DNA of 64,000 nucleotides, from IMG/VR virus record IMGVR_UViG_3300017917_003066. One strand, written 5' to 3'. The DNA is from an uncultured virus (IMG/VR IMGVR_UViG_3300017917_003066) (Duplodnaviria; Heunggongvirae; Uroviricota; Caudoviricetes). Below the pieces are notes generated by a model that was not told the origin of the DNA, searched no databases, and worked only from the letters and a program-made list of their open reading frames with translations. Numbering within the stretch: the first letter of the stretch is position 1; the number at the start of each line of letters is the position of its first letter. Made by a program: the position numbers and the translations under genes. Positions 1 to 9,861 of this stretch are shown here, in pieces.

Positions 1-435
1 GTTACCATAAGCTACTGTAAACTCAAAAGGTCTACCATTAGCATCTATACCTTGAAAAGTATCACCATGTAAACCTTTACATATCTTAGGTAATTCAAAT
101 TCTTTATGAATAGTTAGGTAACAACTAAGGTAAGTATCATGTGAATAAGTGTCCCAAGATTTATCATACTTTTCTTTACCGAGGTATTTCAACATTAACT
201 CGTCTCTACTGGCTAGACTAAAACTATATAAGTCGGCTAAAGTAATTTCACCTACTTCTTTACCATCGTTTAATTTAATAGGAAAGGTATAAACAAAAAC
301 TGGATAATTATATTCAGTAAGGTCTAATAATTTATTAGCCTTTTGATTATTAACCCAATTATCAAATACTTCTATAGGATCTTTATCGGTTAATGTTTTG
401 ATAATATCTAGAACTTCTTCTTCAGTATACTTCAT
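1..435 (-). CDS. hypothetical protein, runs off window start (MKYTEEEVLDIIK...)
   Basis: ATG at 435, open to window edge; TATATTTG 4 nt upstream. Confidence 0.75.
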   Translation of the reverse strand, partial: MKYTEEEVLDIIKTLTDKDPIEVFDNWVNNQKANKLLDLTEYNYPVFVYTFPIKLNDGKEVGEITLADLYSFSLASRDELMLKYLGKEKYDKSWDTYSHDTYLSCYLTIHKEFELPKICKGLHGDTFQGIDANGRPFEFTVAYGN

Positions 436-439
436 TATA

Positions 440-447
440 CAAATATA
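440..447 (-). promoter_or_regulatory. Bacteroidota-type -7 promoter element (TAnnTTTG)
   Basis: TATATTTG 4 nt before ATG 435; the motif recurs at the head of many minus-strand operons. Confidence 0.7.
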
Positions 448-463
448 AATAAAAAATATTAAT

Positions 464-472
464 TAATATATA
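464..472 (+). promoter_or_regulatory. putative phage (late-type) promoter TAATATATA
   Basis: 4 nt before ATG 477; same motif and spacing recur at more than 12 genes. Confidence 0.65.
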
Positions 473-476
473 CTTT

Positions 477-1127
477 ATGAAATATCTTAAAAGAATAAAT
501 GAAGGTTGGTCAGATGATTATGTATCAGATTTTTCTGATAATGGATTTACTATAGAAGAAACACCTTCAAGTATAAAAGGTTCAATAAGTAAAGGTAATT
601 TTTTAGTAACTGATTTAAATAACTGGTTTACTGAAATGAGTGATAAGTTATCATCAGAATATAAAGTCTTATCAACTAAAACATTTTTTAATCAAACTAC
701 TGGTAATGCTAATTTTGAAGTTGTTATAACTGAGACTGGTTTAGAAAGTATTTATATTAATGTAGATGGAGTTGATATCCAATTCATACCTAAAACGATT
801 CTTTATATAAGTCATTATAGCTATGAGAATCGCCATCGAACTCCTCTTCAAGAGGGTAATATTTCTATTAAAGGTAGATTATCAACAGGTCTAAATAAAA
901 CAATCTCAATATCAATTAAATATAAAGATGATTTCAAAGAGGTTAGTTTCTCACTTTCAAATAAATCAAGAGGTGTTACTATGACTAAAGAAAATATAGA
1001 GAAGATATTCACGTTATTTGATTCAGGTCAAGTTGAGTTTTCTAGTGAATTAACTTCTGATGTTTATTCGAGAATAGCTTTAGAAAATCTTGGAATAATT
1101 AGAGCAAAAATATCAGAATTAATGTAA
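477..1127 (+). CDS. hypothetical protein with N-terminal MKYLK..NE tag
   Basis: 216-aa ORF starting MKYLKRINE. Confidence 0.8.
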   Translation: MKYLKRINEGWSDDYVSDFSDNGFTIEETPSSIKGSISKGNFLVTDLNNWFTEMSDKLSSEYKVLSTKTFFNQTTGNANFEVVITETGLESIYINVDGVDIQFIPKTILYISHYSYENRHRTPLQEGNISIKGRLSTGLNKTISISIKYKDDFKEVSFSLSNKSRGVTMTKENIEKIFTLFDSGQVEFSSELTSDVYSRIALENLGIIRAKISELM

Positions 1128-1516
1128 TGAGATATTTAAAACATTTTGAATCAGTAGAAGATACTAAGAACTGGATATCTGAGGTAATGAATAACTGTAA
1201 AGATATTATGGTTGAGTTAGAAGATGCTGGTATTAAAACTGAAGTGAAAAGAAGTTTACAATTGACCAAATCTGTTTTAATAGAATGTATAATGTTTATA
1301 AACAATAGTGAAGATATCATTAAATTTAGAAAAGTTATGTATGATTCAGAACTTAAAAGTAGATTAATTGATTACATGGGATCAGAAGGATTTGAATTAA
1401 CCAATTACGAACCATATATAAATGATGATAAATTTAAGATGTCATTTAAGAAATCAGATATAGATAATGATTACATTGGTCATTTAAGATATCTGAAGAA
1501 GTATAATAAAGATTAA
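1127..1516 (+). CDS. N-tagged paralog-family protein (KDI..EL.D.G domain)
   Basis: MRYLKHFES; CKDIMVELEDAG and RLIDYMGSEGF; second tag-like LRYLKKYN at C-terminus. Confidence 0.8.
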   Translation: MRYLKHFESVEDTKNWISEVMNNCKDIMVELEDAGIKTEVKRSLQLTKSVLIECIMFINNSEDIIKFRKVMYDSELKSRLIDYMGSEGFELTNYEPYINDDKFKMSFKKSDIDNDYIGHLRYLKKYNKD

Positions 1517-2226
1517 TATAACTTGAATCTTAAATTATCAACCCAAGAAGATGGCGGTGCATCATTTTCTGTATCAGGAATACCATCACCATTCCAATCT
1601 AAATAAGTAGAAGCCCAACCAATAGTTCCATCAGGTGAATCGCCACCACTAGGTAAATCAGATTGACTAGTGATTTGTGTCATTAAAGTCATTTCAACAA
1701 TTGTTATTCCAGACTCTAATCTAAAAACAATCTTTGAGTGTCTTCTAGCAGATAAGACAGTATTTACAGCAAGTGAATAACCAATGTTACCAACAGGTTG
1801 AGATAAAGCTGACTCAAAAAACATTTCACTATAAAAGTAAATCACATCTTCAATAGTTGGAAACTCATAAGTGAAATCATCTAACTTAGTGAAATTAATA
1901 ACTGAGTAAGTTTCACCTTGACCAGGTCCTAACAGGTTATTATTTAGTATATTATTAACAGCATTATCTATATCTATTTGTGGATATACCCAAGCAGTAT
2001 CTTTATAAGTAATCCAATTTTGAGTTGGTGTACCACCACCGGCACCAGCAGCAGAAGATGAACTATTAGATAAAGATTCATATATCTTATTTTGTCTAAC
2101 CCATTCTTTTCTTTGGGCTTCTCTAATATCATTTAATTGTTTTTCTTTTTGCAATTCTGCTAATCTTCTTTCTTGAGATTCTTGTTGCATTCTTTGCCAT
2201 ATTTCATCTAATGATTTACCTGCCAT
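1513..2226 (-). CDS. hypothetical protein
   Basis: 237-aa ORF with coiled N-terminus and S/A/G linker. Confidence 0.75.
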   Translation of the reverse strand: MAGKSLDEIWQRMQQESQERRLAELQKEKQLNDIREAQRKEWVRQNKIYESLSNSSSSAAGAGGGTPTQNWITYKDTAWVYPQIDIDNAVNNILNNNLLGPGQGETYSVINFTKLDDFTYEFPTIEDVIYFYSEMFFESALSQPVGNIGYSLAVNTVLSARRHSKIVFRLESGITIVEMTLMTQITSQSDLPSGGDSPDGTIGWASTYLDWNGDGIPDTENDAPPSSWVDNLRFKLY

Positions 2227-2268
2227 GATATTAGTTATATTTTTTAGTATATATAAAAATAACTAATT

Positions 2269-2769
2269 TCAATTATTAGATTTAAACTCTTCAGTTAATC
2301 TTAAATACTTTTCATTAGACTTTGCTAATTGCCAATAAACCTTAAACACCTCAGCAGACTTTGCTTTATCACTGGTGTTCCAATCTTGTTCTTGTTTTAA
2401 GATAGACCAATCACCGTTAGTATCTTGATTCCACTTCTTACCTGATTTATGATTAGCATATCTACGGCTACGAGTAAAACCCATATGTAAATACTTTTTA
2501 GCCAAGTCAGCACCAACAAAATCATTAGCATCTAAATACTGTAGAAAAAGAGAATATATTTTCTCAGCAGATACTTTAGCAATCTCTGATGTTTTAAATC
2601 GCCAATAAGGACATATCTCGGATTTATAAGGCTGACAGGTTAACACACCTTGTTGTCCTTTACCGATATGATAAAGATGAGGATTCTGACGATAATCTAT
2701 ATCAGGCTTCCATAAGTATTTATCTTCTTCAAAGTCTATATACGATGGTTTCATTTCTTTGATCTCCAA
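2269..2769 (-). CDS. DUF4385 family protein
   Basis: GKGQQGVLTCQPYKSEI, WRFKT, GADLAKKYLHMGFTRSRRYANH. Confidence 0.75.
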   Translation of the reverse strand: MEIKEMKPSYIDFEEDKYLWKPDIDYRQNPHLYHIGKGQQGVLTCQPYKSEICPYWRFKTSEIAKVSAEKIYSLFLQYLDANDFVGADLAKKYLHMGFTRSRRYANHKSGKKWNQDTNGDWSILKQEQDWNTSDKAKSAEVFKVYWQLAKSNEKYLRLTEEFKSNN

Positions 2770-3053
2770 ACAGTTTCAGAGTCTACAGTTTTAACACCAA
2801 ACACAGACTTAAAAGGTTTCTTAAATACTCTAACAGGTTGTCCGGTCAAACTATGTTTGAATTCTTTCACAGAAGAAAAATCATCTGTACCAAATGCAAA
2901 TAAAGATTTGAATCGTTTATCAACAGTACCTGACTTTGTGATACGTTCAATCTTATAGCAAAAGGTATTAGAATCTTTAACACCGGTATAAAAGCGAGTT
3001 AAAACTAATCTACGCTTTTCATCGACTTTAGGGGTAAATGATTTGTACTTCAT
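2751..3053 (-). CDS. hypothetical protein
   Basis: 100-aa ORF; TATATTTG at 3058-3065, 4 nt upstream. Confidence 0.7.
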   Translation of the reverse strand: MKYKSFTPKVDEKRRLVLTRFYTGVKDSNTFCYKIERITKSGTVDKRFKSLFAFGTDDFSSVKEFKHSLTGQPVRVFKKPFKSVFGVKTVDSETVWRSKK

Positions 3054-3071
3054 TCAGCAAATATAATAATA

Positions 3072-3248
3072 TTAAATAATAAAGTAAAGCAATAAGCCTA
3101 TTAATGTGATAACAATAAGTGATTTAAATATAAACTTAATCACCGTCAAAATAAGTTGAATAATAAATAAGTCTATAATAAATTCAAACACGGCTGGTAA
3201 GAACTTCCAGGTAAGACCTATTGCGATAAGAAGAAATAAGATTGTCAT
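3072..3248 (-). CDS. small membrane protein
   Basis: hydrophobic 58-aa ORF from ATG 3248; TATCTTTG at 3270-3277. Confidence 0.55.
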   Translation of the reverse strand: MTILFLLIAIGLTWKFLPAVFEFIIDLFIIQLILTVIKFIFKSLIVITLIGLLLYFII

Positions 3249-3347
3249 GTTGTAGTGGTTTTGACATAACAAAGATACAAAATATAATTGAATAAACAAA
3301 AAAAGCCTAGTTAAAAACCAGGCTTTAATATAAATCTTTTTTATTGA

Positions 3348-3632
3348 TTAGTCTCTTGATGGATATATTCCTTCAACACAGATATAACTATCAATATAAG
3401 GTAATCCATCTTCCATAATATCACCTACTTGATAGTAGTTACCATTTTTGTCTTTCTTTCTTAAATCAGGTAACTTAAATGTAGTAACTGCGTCACCACC
3501 ATACGTTATACCTAAAAGAGAGAATAAAGCTTGATTAGAATTAATTGACATAACTTGACCATGGCAAGCTTGCCAACCTCTAGGTGTCCAGTTAAATCCA
3601 AACTGTAAAATTGTTCCAATGTATTCTTCCAT
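3348..3632 (-). CDS. phage tail-collar domain protein
   Basis: IGTILQFGFNWTPRGWQACHGQ...NQALFSLLGITYGGD...FKLPDLR. Confidence 0.85.
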   Translation of the reverse strand: MEEYIGTILQFGFNWTPRGWQACHGQVMSINSNQALFSLLGITYGGDAVTTFKLPDLRKKDKNGNYYQVGDIMEDGLPYIDSYICVEGIYPSRD

Positions 3633-3695
3633 AATATAATATAAATTTTACGTTATATATAAATTTATATATACATTAATAATAAAATTAATACC

Positions 3696-4334
3696 ATGAA
3701 ACATTTAAAATTATTTGAGGCTTATATTAAAAATCCAGTCAAAACAATTGATATAGATGGATACAAAATTAATATAACAGATTGTACAGATGTGCCAGGT
3801 CATAAAGCCATATATACCGTTGAAGAAAGATCTGCTAATGATACTGGATCATATCCTGTTTGTTTCAGTGATATTGAACTTGCTAAAAATTACATCAAGG
3901 GAATGATTGAAAGAAATGAGGTTAATAAGGATGAGGTTCAAAGTTTTTTAATTAGGAAAATGATGTTAGATTTAGTGGATGTAAAATCTATAAAATCAGA
4001 AGAAGAAAAATCAGAAGAAGACGGTGAGACACCGCCAAAATGGGTTAAGAATCCAAAATCTTGGGCTATGGATAAAATAGTTGAATTACTAACACCGGAA
4101 AATATTAATCAAATAGTAAATACCTACATAAACAGTGGTATATTTAAATCCAAAGAATCAGATATAAAGTCAAATATAAAGGCTATATATCAATCTTCTA
4201 AAGATAAAAGAGAATTAGATGTTACAGACCATATAAGACGTTTAGGTATAAAAAGTATTAAGGGTGTTCATTATTTGAAAGGTGATAAGAATAAAATTGC
4301 TGAAAAATTTGAAAATCTATTAAGATACTTTTAA
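3696..4334 (+). CDS. N-tagged hypothetical protein
   Basis: starts MKHLKLFE. Confidence 0.8.
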   Translation: MKHLKLFEAYIKNPVKTIDIDGYKINITDCTDVPGHKAIYTVEERSANDTGSYPVCFSDIELAKNYIKGMIERNEVNKDEVQSFLIRKMMLDLVDVKSIKSEEEKSEEDGETPPKWVKNPKSWAMDKIVELLTPENINQIVNTYINSGIFKSKESDIKSNIKAIYQSSKDKRELDVTDHIRRLGIKSIKGVHYLKGDKNKIAEKFENLLRYF

Positions 4335-4344
4335 AAAGAATATC

Positions 4345-4373
4345 AAAAAACCCAGACTTTAGTCTGGGTTTTT
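4345..4373. terminator. bidirectional intrinsic terminator
   Basis: A6-CCCAGAC-ttta-GTCTGGG-T5 between convergent genes. Confidence 0.8.
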
Positions 4374-4392
4374 ATTTTAATATAGTAGTATA

Positions 4393-5247
4393 TTATCTCA
4401 CTACTTTTTTCTCAGTATGACCATCACTATAATGATAGATAAGTATTTCTTCTTTTCTAATATTAGTCACTGGTCTACCCAACATATCATAAACACCAAT
4501 TAACTTAGGCTCTACCTTATTGATTCTAGCTACAGATGATGTATTACAATCATAACTAATTTTAGTGAAAAAGAAAGTGTCTTGATCTAAACATTTATTA
4601 TACCACTGAGTGGCAACTAAGTAATTACCTTTATGTGGAAACTTATAAGTAATTATTCTAGCTGAATTGCTTGGACCTTCATACCAAACCATATCACTAT
4701 CATTGAAATCGTAATAATTCCACAAATCATAATCACTCATGTGTTTAAAATCAAATTCACTTAATGAGTCAAGCATTGGTCCATTCCAGATATATGAATA
4801 CCATTGCCAACAAGTATCACCTTTAACCCAAGGTCCTATACTCATTTCACCGGTCATGCTATCTAAGCATTTACCACCAGTGCTTTTTAGATTATATGTA
4901 AACTTACAATTTGGAAAGTAGATAATGTTTACTTCTCTATATAAAGCAGTATCACATTTCTGACATCTGTTCCAAACCTTTAGATACATTTTATATCTAC
5001 CTTTAACATTAAATTGTACTTCACAGATTCCTCTAAATGATTCTACTGTGTCAATTTTCTTGGTTTGAAAGTCGTAAACCATAAACATGTAATCAACACA
5101 AGTATCATCTAATACCTGACCACTCACATACCACTTATAATAATTACGTTGATTCCATTGTTGGAGTTTAAGTGAACTCCAGTCACATCGTGCTTGTACT
5201 GTTGCTAAGGAGACCAAAAGCATTAACAGCGAGAATAGTTTCTTCAT
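4393..5247 (-). CDS. secreted protein with T9SS-sorting-like C-terminal domain
   Basis: signal peptide; C-term LIGVYDMLGRPV...ILIYHYSDGHTEKK. Confidence 0.65.
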   Translation of the reverse strand: MKKLFSLLMLLVSLATVQARCDWSSLKLQQWNQRNYYKWYVSGQVLDDTCVDYMFMVYDFQTKKIDTVESFRGICEVQFNVKGRYKMYLKVWNRCQKCDTALYREVNIIYFPNCKFTYNLKSTGGKCLDSMTGEMSIGPWVKGDTCWQWYSYIWNGPMLDSLSEFDFKHMSDYDLWNYYDFNDSDMVWYEGPSNSARIITYKFPHKGNYLVATQWYNKCLDQDTFFFTKISYDCNTSSVARINKVEPKLIGVYDMLGRPVTNIRKEEILIYHYSDGHTEKKVVR

Positions 5248-5324
5248 TATCACGAATATAATATTGAGAACCTATATAAACAAGTTTAAAATAAAAAAAC
5301 CCCAATTAAATTGAGGTTTTATTT

Positions 5325-5834
5325 TTATTGATTAATATAAACTCTTTCTGTGGTACCATCAGAGTAACACTTAATCAAAATCTTATTTGGTTCTAATATA
5401 GATTCTCTACCCATTAAGTCAATTACCTTTATTAGATATCGTTGATTCATAGATAACTCTTCTATACCTACAGTCGAAACATAATATGTTGAGGTAAGTA
5501 TTGTTACATTTCCTGTTGGACAAGCAAGTGCTACATCATATCTATAACATCCACTTTGTGGAAATGTGAATGGTGGAAACATAATACTAATTGGTTCAAC
5601 AACAATATTATAAAAATAAATATCCCACCAAGTTTCGATACTATCTTGTGGATTTGCTGGGAAGTTAACCCAGAATAAATGTGTACCCCAAATACTATCA
5701 CAATCGATATTTGTTGGTACTATTTGAGTTAATGTAGTAGTGGCACCTTGACAGTTAAAAGTGTCAATGATTACGTTTTGTGAATATGTCAAACCTGACA
5801 TAAATAATAATAAGGTAAGTAATAGATTTTTCAT
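5325..5834 (-). CDS. secreted protein with T9SS-sorting-like C-terminal domain
   Basis: signal peptide; VGIEE...LIKVIDLMGRE...NKILIKCYSDGTTER. Confidence 0.65.
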   Translation of the reverse strand: MKNLLLTLLLFMSGLTYSQNVIIDTFNCQGATTTLTQIVPTNIDCDSIWGTHLFWVNFPANPQDSIETWWDIYFYNIVVEPISIMFPPFTFPQSGCYRYDVALACPTGNVTILTSTYYVSTVGIEELSMNQRYLIKVIDLMGRESILEPNKILIKCYSDGTTERVYINQ

Positions 5835-5853
5835 AATTTGTTTTTTTTATTTT

Positions 5854-6066
5854 TTATCTAGAGATAAGTGTGTAAAAGATAATGGTCCATAATGTAACGG
5901 ATACGAACATAACAATATTAGCAACTGTTATGTCTTTGCTTGTGAATTCTTTTTTACGGCTTTCTGGTGCGATTGAGGAAACCATCCAAGTCATTAACTT
6001 ACCAAAGAAGTAAGTAGAAGTGATCATAGCTAGAAAAAATAGGATAGCAAGTGTGATGTTGTTCAT
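5854..6066 (-). CDS. small two-TM membrane protein
   Basis: two hydrophobic stretches in 70 aa. Confidence 0.65.
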   Translation of the reverse strand: MNNITLAILFFLAMITSTYFFGKLMTWMVSSIAPESRKKEFTSKDITVANIVMFVSVTLWTIIFYTLISR

Positions 6067-6069
6067 AAT

Positions 6070-6909
6070 TTAGTTTTTAATTGTTTTTTGTGTTGTTCCA
6101 TCACTATAGTGATAGATTAGAAGTTTATTAGTTTCAGGTAAACATTCTTTACCCATTAAATCTGTAATCTTAATTAGATGTTTATCTAAAGTTAATTCAG
6201 TTACACCAGTTGTAGTATAACAATAATCAAATGATTCTTGACATCCCATAACATCTTCTACATAAATATCATAACAACCAGCATAGAGTTCTGCTAGATT
6301 AGTAATATTTAATGACTGACATTGAGCACCATAGTATTCAACGTGATTACCTAAGTTATCTGTGCCTATAAGTAAAATGTTATAAGGTTCGGTACCAAAC
6401 TGTGGATTAATAGAAAGGTATTCACCTAAACAAGTATCACATTGTGGAACACTGGCAACTGGAGTAGGAAGTGTAATCTGATTAGGGAATTTATATTTGA
6501 AATTAACAATAAGAGTATCATGTTTATCGTTAGCCGATTCAACACGACTATCAATCACGGTTAATCTATAAGTATAGTTTGCGTTACCTAATTTAGGTTG
6601 AGGTATATTTAAACTAACATCTAAAAAGTCTAGCCAATCAAATAAGTAATCGTGACCAGGTACAATAGTACATAAGGTTGAGTCTTGAATAACAGTGTTG
6701 TTATTAACTAGTTTCCAAGTATAGAAGATTGGTCTTTGACCACCTTGGATATAACCTTCAATTGTCATAGAATCATCATAACAATTTGCTGGAACAACAT
6801 GAACTGTACAGGTGTCACCAACAGGAACAGTGTAATAAATTGACATTGGTTGATATTGTGCAATTAACAATGTAGGCAATAGTAAAAGTAATAGTAGTAA
6901 ATTTTTCAT
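6070..6909 (-). CDS. secreted protein with T9SS-sorting-like C-terminal domain
   Basis: signal peptide; SprB-like GTEPY/YAGCYDIYVEDVMGC segment; LIKITDLMGKE...NKLLIYHYSDGTTQK. Confidence 0.65.
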   Translation of the reverse strand: MKNLLLLLLLLPTLLIAQYQPMSIYYTVPVGDTCTVHVVPANCYDDSMTIEGYIQGGQRPIFYTWKLVNNNTVIQDSTLCTIVPGHDYLFDWLDFLDVSLNIPQPKLGNANYTYRLTVIDSRVESANDKHDTLIVNFKYKFPNQITLPTPVASVPQCDTCLGEYLSINPQFGTEPYNILLIGTDNLGNHVEYYGAQCQSLNITNLAELYAGCYDIYVEDVMGCQESFDYCYTTTGVTELTLDKHLIKITDLMGKECLPETNKLLIYHYSDGTTQKTIKN

Positions 6910-6985
6910 AAATATATTTTTTTAATTATAATAACGTAAATATATTATTATAAGGGTGGTAAATAGTAAAAGTTTTTTTAATGCC

Positions 6986-7159
6986 TTATAAATTAGACAT
7001 CTTGGGATATTTAAATACCTTGGATTCATACCAACGACATTTACTATCATCAGATATGACTTTATAGAATATAGTTTTATTTCGAGGTTTAACCTCAACA
7101 ACTTTATACAGTTTGTTCTGTGTTAGGCTACTTTGTTTAGTATTGCATAAGACTTTCAT
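6986..7159 (-). CDS. small MKV.C family protein, copy 1
   Basis: MKVLCNTKQSSLTQNKLYKVVE; TACATTTG at 7184-7191. Confidence 0.7.
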   Translation of the reverse strand: MKVLCNTKQSSLTQNKLYKVVEVKPRNKTIFYKVISDDSKCRWYESKVFKYPKMSNL

Positions 7160-7220
7160 TTTTATTGATTTATAGATTAGATACAAATGTATAAAGTATA
7201 GAATAAATGGTCAATGGGAA

Positions 7221-7400
7221 TTATACCCTATTATTCATTAAAAATGGATATTTAAATACTGAACTCTCAAACCATTTCAACTGATTATCATCAGTTACTA
7301 CTTTGTAATGAATAACACGATTTACGGGTTTAGCCTCAACAACTTTATACAGTTTGTTCTCTGTTAGATTCTTTTGGGATTTAATACATAATACTTTCAT
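7221..7400 (-). CDS. small MKV.C family protein, copy 2 (59 aa, absent from ORF track)
   Basis: hand translation MKVLCIKSQKNLTENKLYKVVEAKPVN...FESSVFKYP; TATATTTG at 7423-7430. Confidence 0.7.
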   Translation of the reverse strand: MKVLCIKSQKNLTENKLYKVVEAKPVNRVIHYKVVTDDNQLKWFESSVFKYPFLMNNRV

Positions 7401-7543
7401 TCTGATTATTTTAGATACGATTCAAATATAGTAAGTATAAGTAACACGACCAAAGGTAATTATACTAAAAATAAGGGTACATGTACTAAAATTAGAATAA
7501 GTTCTAATTTTTATTTTAATATGATATTTTTAATATATACTAT

Positions 7544-8041
7544 ATGAAGTATTTAAGAAGGTTCAATGAGTCTATTGAAAATGTTATTCATGATTGTCAA
7601 GATATCTTAATTGATTTAGCAGATGATGGTATTAAGTATAAAACATCTATTATCTATGATCATAAATCATCGCCTCGTTTTGGTGACGCAAAAGGTAATA
7701 TAGTAATTGATATTAGTGATAATGTTAAAAGGATTGAACTAAAGAAATATGGTGATAACTTTGAACGTCTTTTTGATTACTTAGAATCTTTAGGTTATAA
7801 ATTAAAAAATACATCTTATTATGAAGGAGATGGTTGGGATTATCATGAAAGATGTCCTAACTGTAAAAGTTCTAGAGGCATTACTGGTGATAGAGAGACA
7901 TTGGAGTGTAGTGATTGCGGTCATAAAGATGAATATAACGAGTTTACAACATCTGAACATCCTTTAACTAAAGGTGATTTAATGTGGTCAGTTAAATCAG
8001 GTGATAAACCTGATTACATTTATCTTGAATTTACTATATAA
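7544..8041 (+). CDS. N-tagged paralog-family protein with inserted zinc ribbon
   Basis: MKYLRRFNES; CQDILIDLADDG; CPNC...CSDC; TAATATATA at 7531-7539. Confidence 0.8.
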   Translation: MKYLRRFNESIENVIHDCQDILIDLADDGIKYKTSIIYDHKSSPRFGDAKGNIVIDISDNVKRIELKKYGDNFERLFDYLESLGYKLKNTSYYEGDGWDYHERCPNCKSSRGITGDRETLECSDCGHKDEYNEFTTSEHPLTKGDLMWSVKSGDKPDYIYLEFTI

Positions 8042-8045
8042 TAAT

Positions 8046-8378
8046 ATGGACTATTTATTTACATACGGATTATTTAGAGATGCTGGTAAAGTTCTTTTAG
8101 GTAAAGAAGCAATTTACTGTGGTAAAGCTTATATAAAAGGTAAGTTGTATAAAGTAAATGAATTTTATCCTGGTTATGTTGAAGGAGATGGTAAAGTATG
8201 GGGAGAAGTTTACCTTTTCAATCCAGTTAATCTACCTAGTATGGATGAGTATGAAGGTGATGAGTACATCAGAAAACAAGTTATAACTTCAACAGATGTT
8301 AAGTGTTGGGTTTATGAATATAAATATGATGTAAGTAAGTTTGATCAAATCAAATGTGGTGATTGGTTACTAAGATAA
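8046..8378 (+). CDS. gamma-glutamylcyclotransferase (AIG2-like) family protein
   Basis: LFTYGL, YPG, VWGEVY, MDEYEG..Y.R, WVYEY. Confidence 0.85.
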   Translation: MDYLFTYGLFRDAGKVLLGKEAIYCGKAYIKGKLYKVNEFYPGYVEGDGKVWGEVYLFNPVNLPSMDEYEGDEYIRKQVITSTDVKCWVYEYKYDVSKFDQIKCGDWLLR

Positions 8379-8433
8379 AAAATTAAATATCAATATTAAT
8401 ATATATAACTATATAAAAATTAAAACAATAAAA

Positions 8434-8991
8434 ATGAAACACTTAAAAACATTTGAATCATTTACTACAAATGAAACATTAGATATGATGACTATGCCTG
8501 TTGATCCTATTAAAGGCGCCGCAGATATGTATGGTGATGTTAAAGACTACTTAAAAGATAAGTTCAATGCCTTTGAAGAAAAGGTAGAAGAGTTTGTTGA
8601 TGGTATTGTAGAACAATTAGATGCTGATAAAGTTCTAAGTAACATAGAGAAATACTTTGGTAAGCCTGCTCATGATCTTTCATTTAAAGATATTAAATTA
8701 GCACTTGAAAGACATAACGAATCATCATTCGCTGATAAATATGATGCGGCTGATCCTTATGGTGATGAATATCTTGGTTCTGGATTAAAAGATATTAAAG
8801 GTGGTCCTGCTCAAAAGATATTACATATCTTACAAACTATTGTAGGAGTTAATCTTCTTACATTCGGTATTGCTGGTAGTTTTATCGCTGGTATCGCTGG
8901 TTTATTAGTTGGTCCTGGAATGAGTATGATATTATCTTGTGTTGCGTTTATTGTTTTACACATTATCAGAAAATTAATAGCAATGATTTAA
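8434..8991 (+). CDS. N-tagged protein with C-terminal TM hairpin
   Basis: MKHLKTFESF; hydrophobic C-terminus. Confidence 0.8.
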   Translation: MKHLKTFESFTTNETLDMMTMPVDPIKGAADMYGDVKDYLKDKFNAFEEKVEEFVDGIVEQLDADKVLSNIEKYFGKPAHDLSFKDIKLALERHNESSFADKYDAADPYGDEYLGSGLKDIKGGPAQKILHILQTIVGVNLLTFGIAGSFIAGIAGLLVGPGMSMILSCVAFIVLHIIRKLIAMI

Positions 8992-9041
8992 TACACTATT
9001 CTTGCCTCTCTTTGATGCACACTTGAATAGTTTTTCTAAAT

Positions 9042-9069
9042 AAAAACCCAATCATTTGATTGGGTTTTT
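9042..9069. terminator. bidirectional intrinsic terminator
   Basis: A5-CCCAATCA-tt-TGATTGGG-T5. Confidence 0.8.
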
Positions 9070-9073
9070 GTTT

Positions 9074-9394
9074 CTAATCAATAGCCATTGATATTTTAAT
9101 TTCTCTAATTGCTGCTTTTAATATTTCTTTATATGGTGATTCAAACTCTGATAACTTAACTGTAATATAATCACCTATATCTTTTCTACTTTTACCTACA
9201 TTATCTTCATTGATACCACAAGAATAATCAATAATAGGTTTAATTCTTTTACAATTAAATAGAACATCATCTTCTAAAAAGTCAATTGAGTTTATATAAA
9301 CATCTATTGCCAATTTATTATGAACCTCAGCAGATTTATTCCACTCATAAAAGTGTTTAATTATAATATTATTATCTGACTTTTTAAGTATCAT
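9074..9394 (-). CDS. hypothetical protein with C-terminal RxxK[LI] tag
   Basis: ends IREIKISMAID. Confidence 0.7.
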   Translation of the reverse strand: MILKKSDNNIIIKHFYEWNKSAEVHNKLAIDVYINSIDFLEDDVLFNCKRIKPIIDYSCGINEDNVGKSRKDIGDYITVKLSEFESPYKEILKAAIREIKISMAID

Positions 9395-9861
9395 ATTTTC
9401 CCTAATATATCATCTATTTTTCTATCACGAGGTTCAATCGTATTAAACCTTTGTCTTAATAAAGTAAGAGCTTCATCTGCCCATTCACCATCACTAAGTT
9501 CCTCACCTTTTCTAGGAACTAAATCATAGTTATCACTTGGTGTAAAATTAGCAATAGTTTGTAAATTCTTAAAACCTTTTTCTTCAGTTAAATAATCAAT
9601 AACATCACTATATAAACTACTAACTCTTGGTCGATAATCGTACCAATCTTCCGGTAATTCCTTTCTTTTCTCTTTATTATCATCTGACATCCATTCATTA
9701 ATATACCATTCGTTATGACTTTTCTCTTGTCTTTTATTTACCTCAGCATAAGCATCTAAAAGAATTTCATTGAATTGTTCTTGAGTATAAAGTTCATCAT
9801 GTGATAATATAATCTGAGGACATTCTTCCCAAGTTGTGTAGCCTACTTCGTAAAGATTCAT
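9391..9861 (-). CDS. hypothetical protein with C-terminal tag
   Basis: ends RDRKIDDILGKI; ATGA overlap. Confidence 0.75.
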   Translation of the reverse strand: MNLYEVGYTTWEECPQIILSHDELYTQEQFNEILLDAYAEVNKRQEKSHNEWYINEWMSDDNKEKRKELPEDWYDYRPRVSSLYSDVIDYLTEEKGFKNLQTIANFTPSDNYDLVPRKGEELSDGEWADEALTLLRQRFNTIEPRDRKIDDILGKI

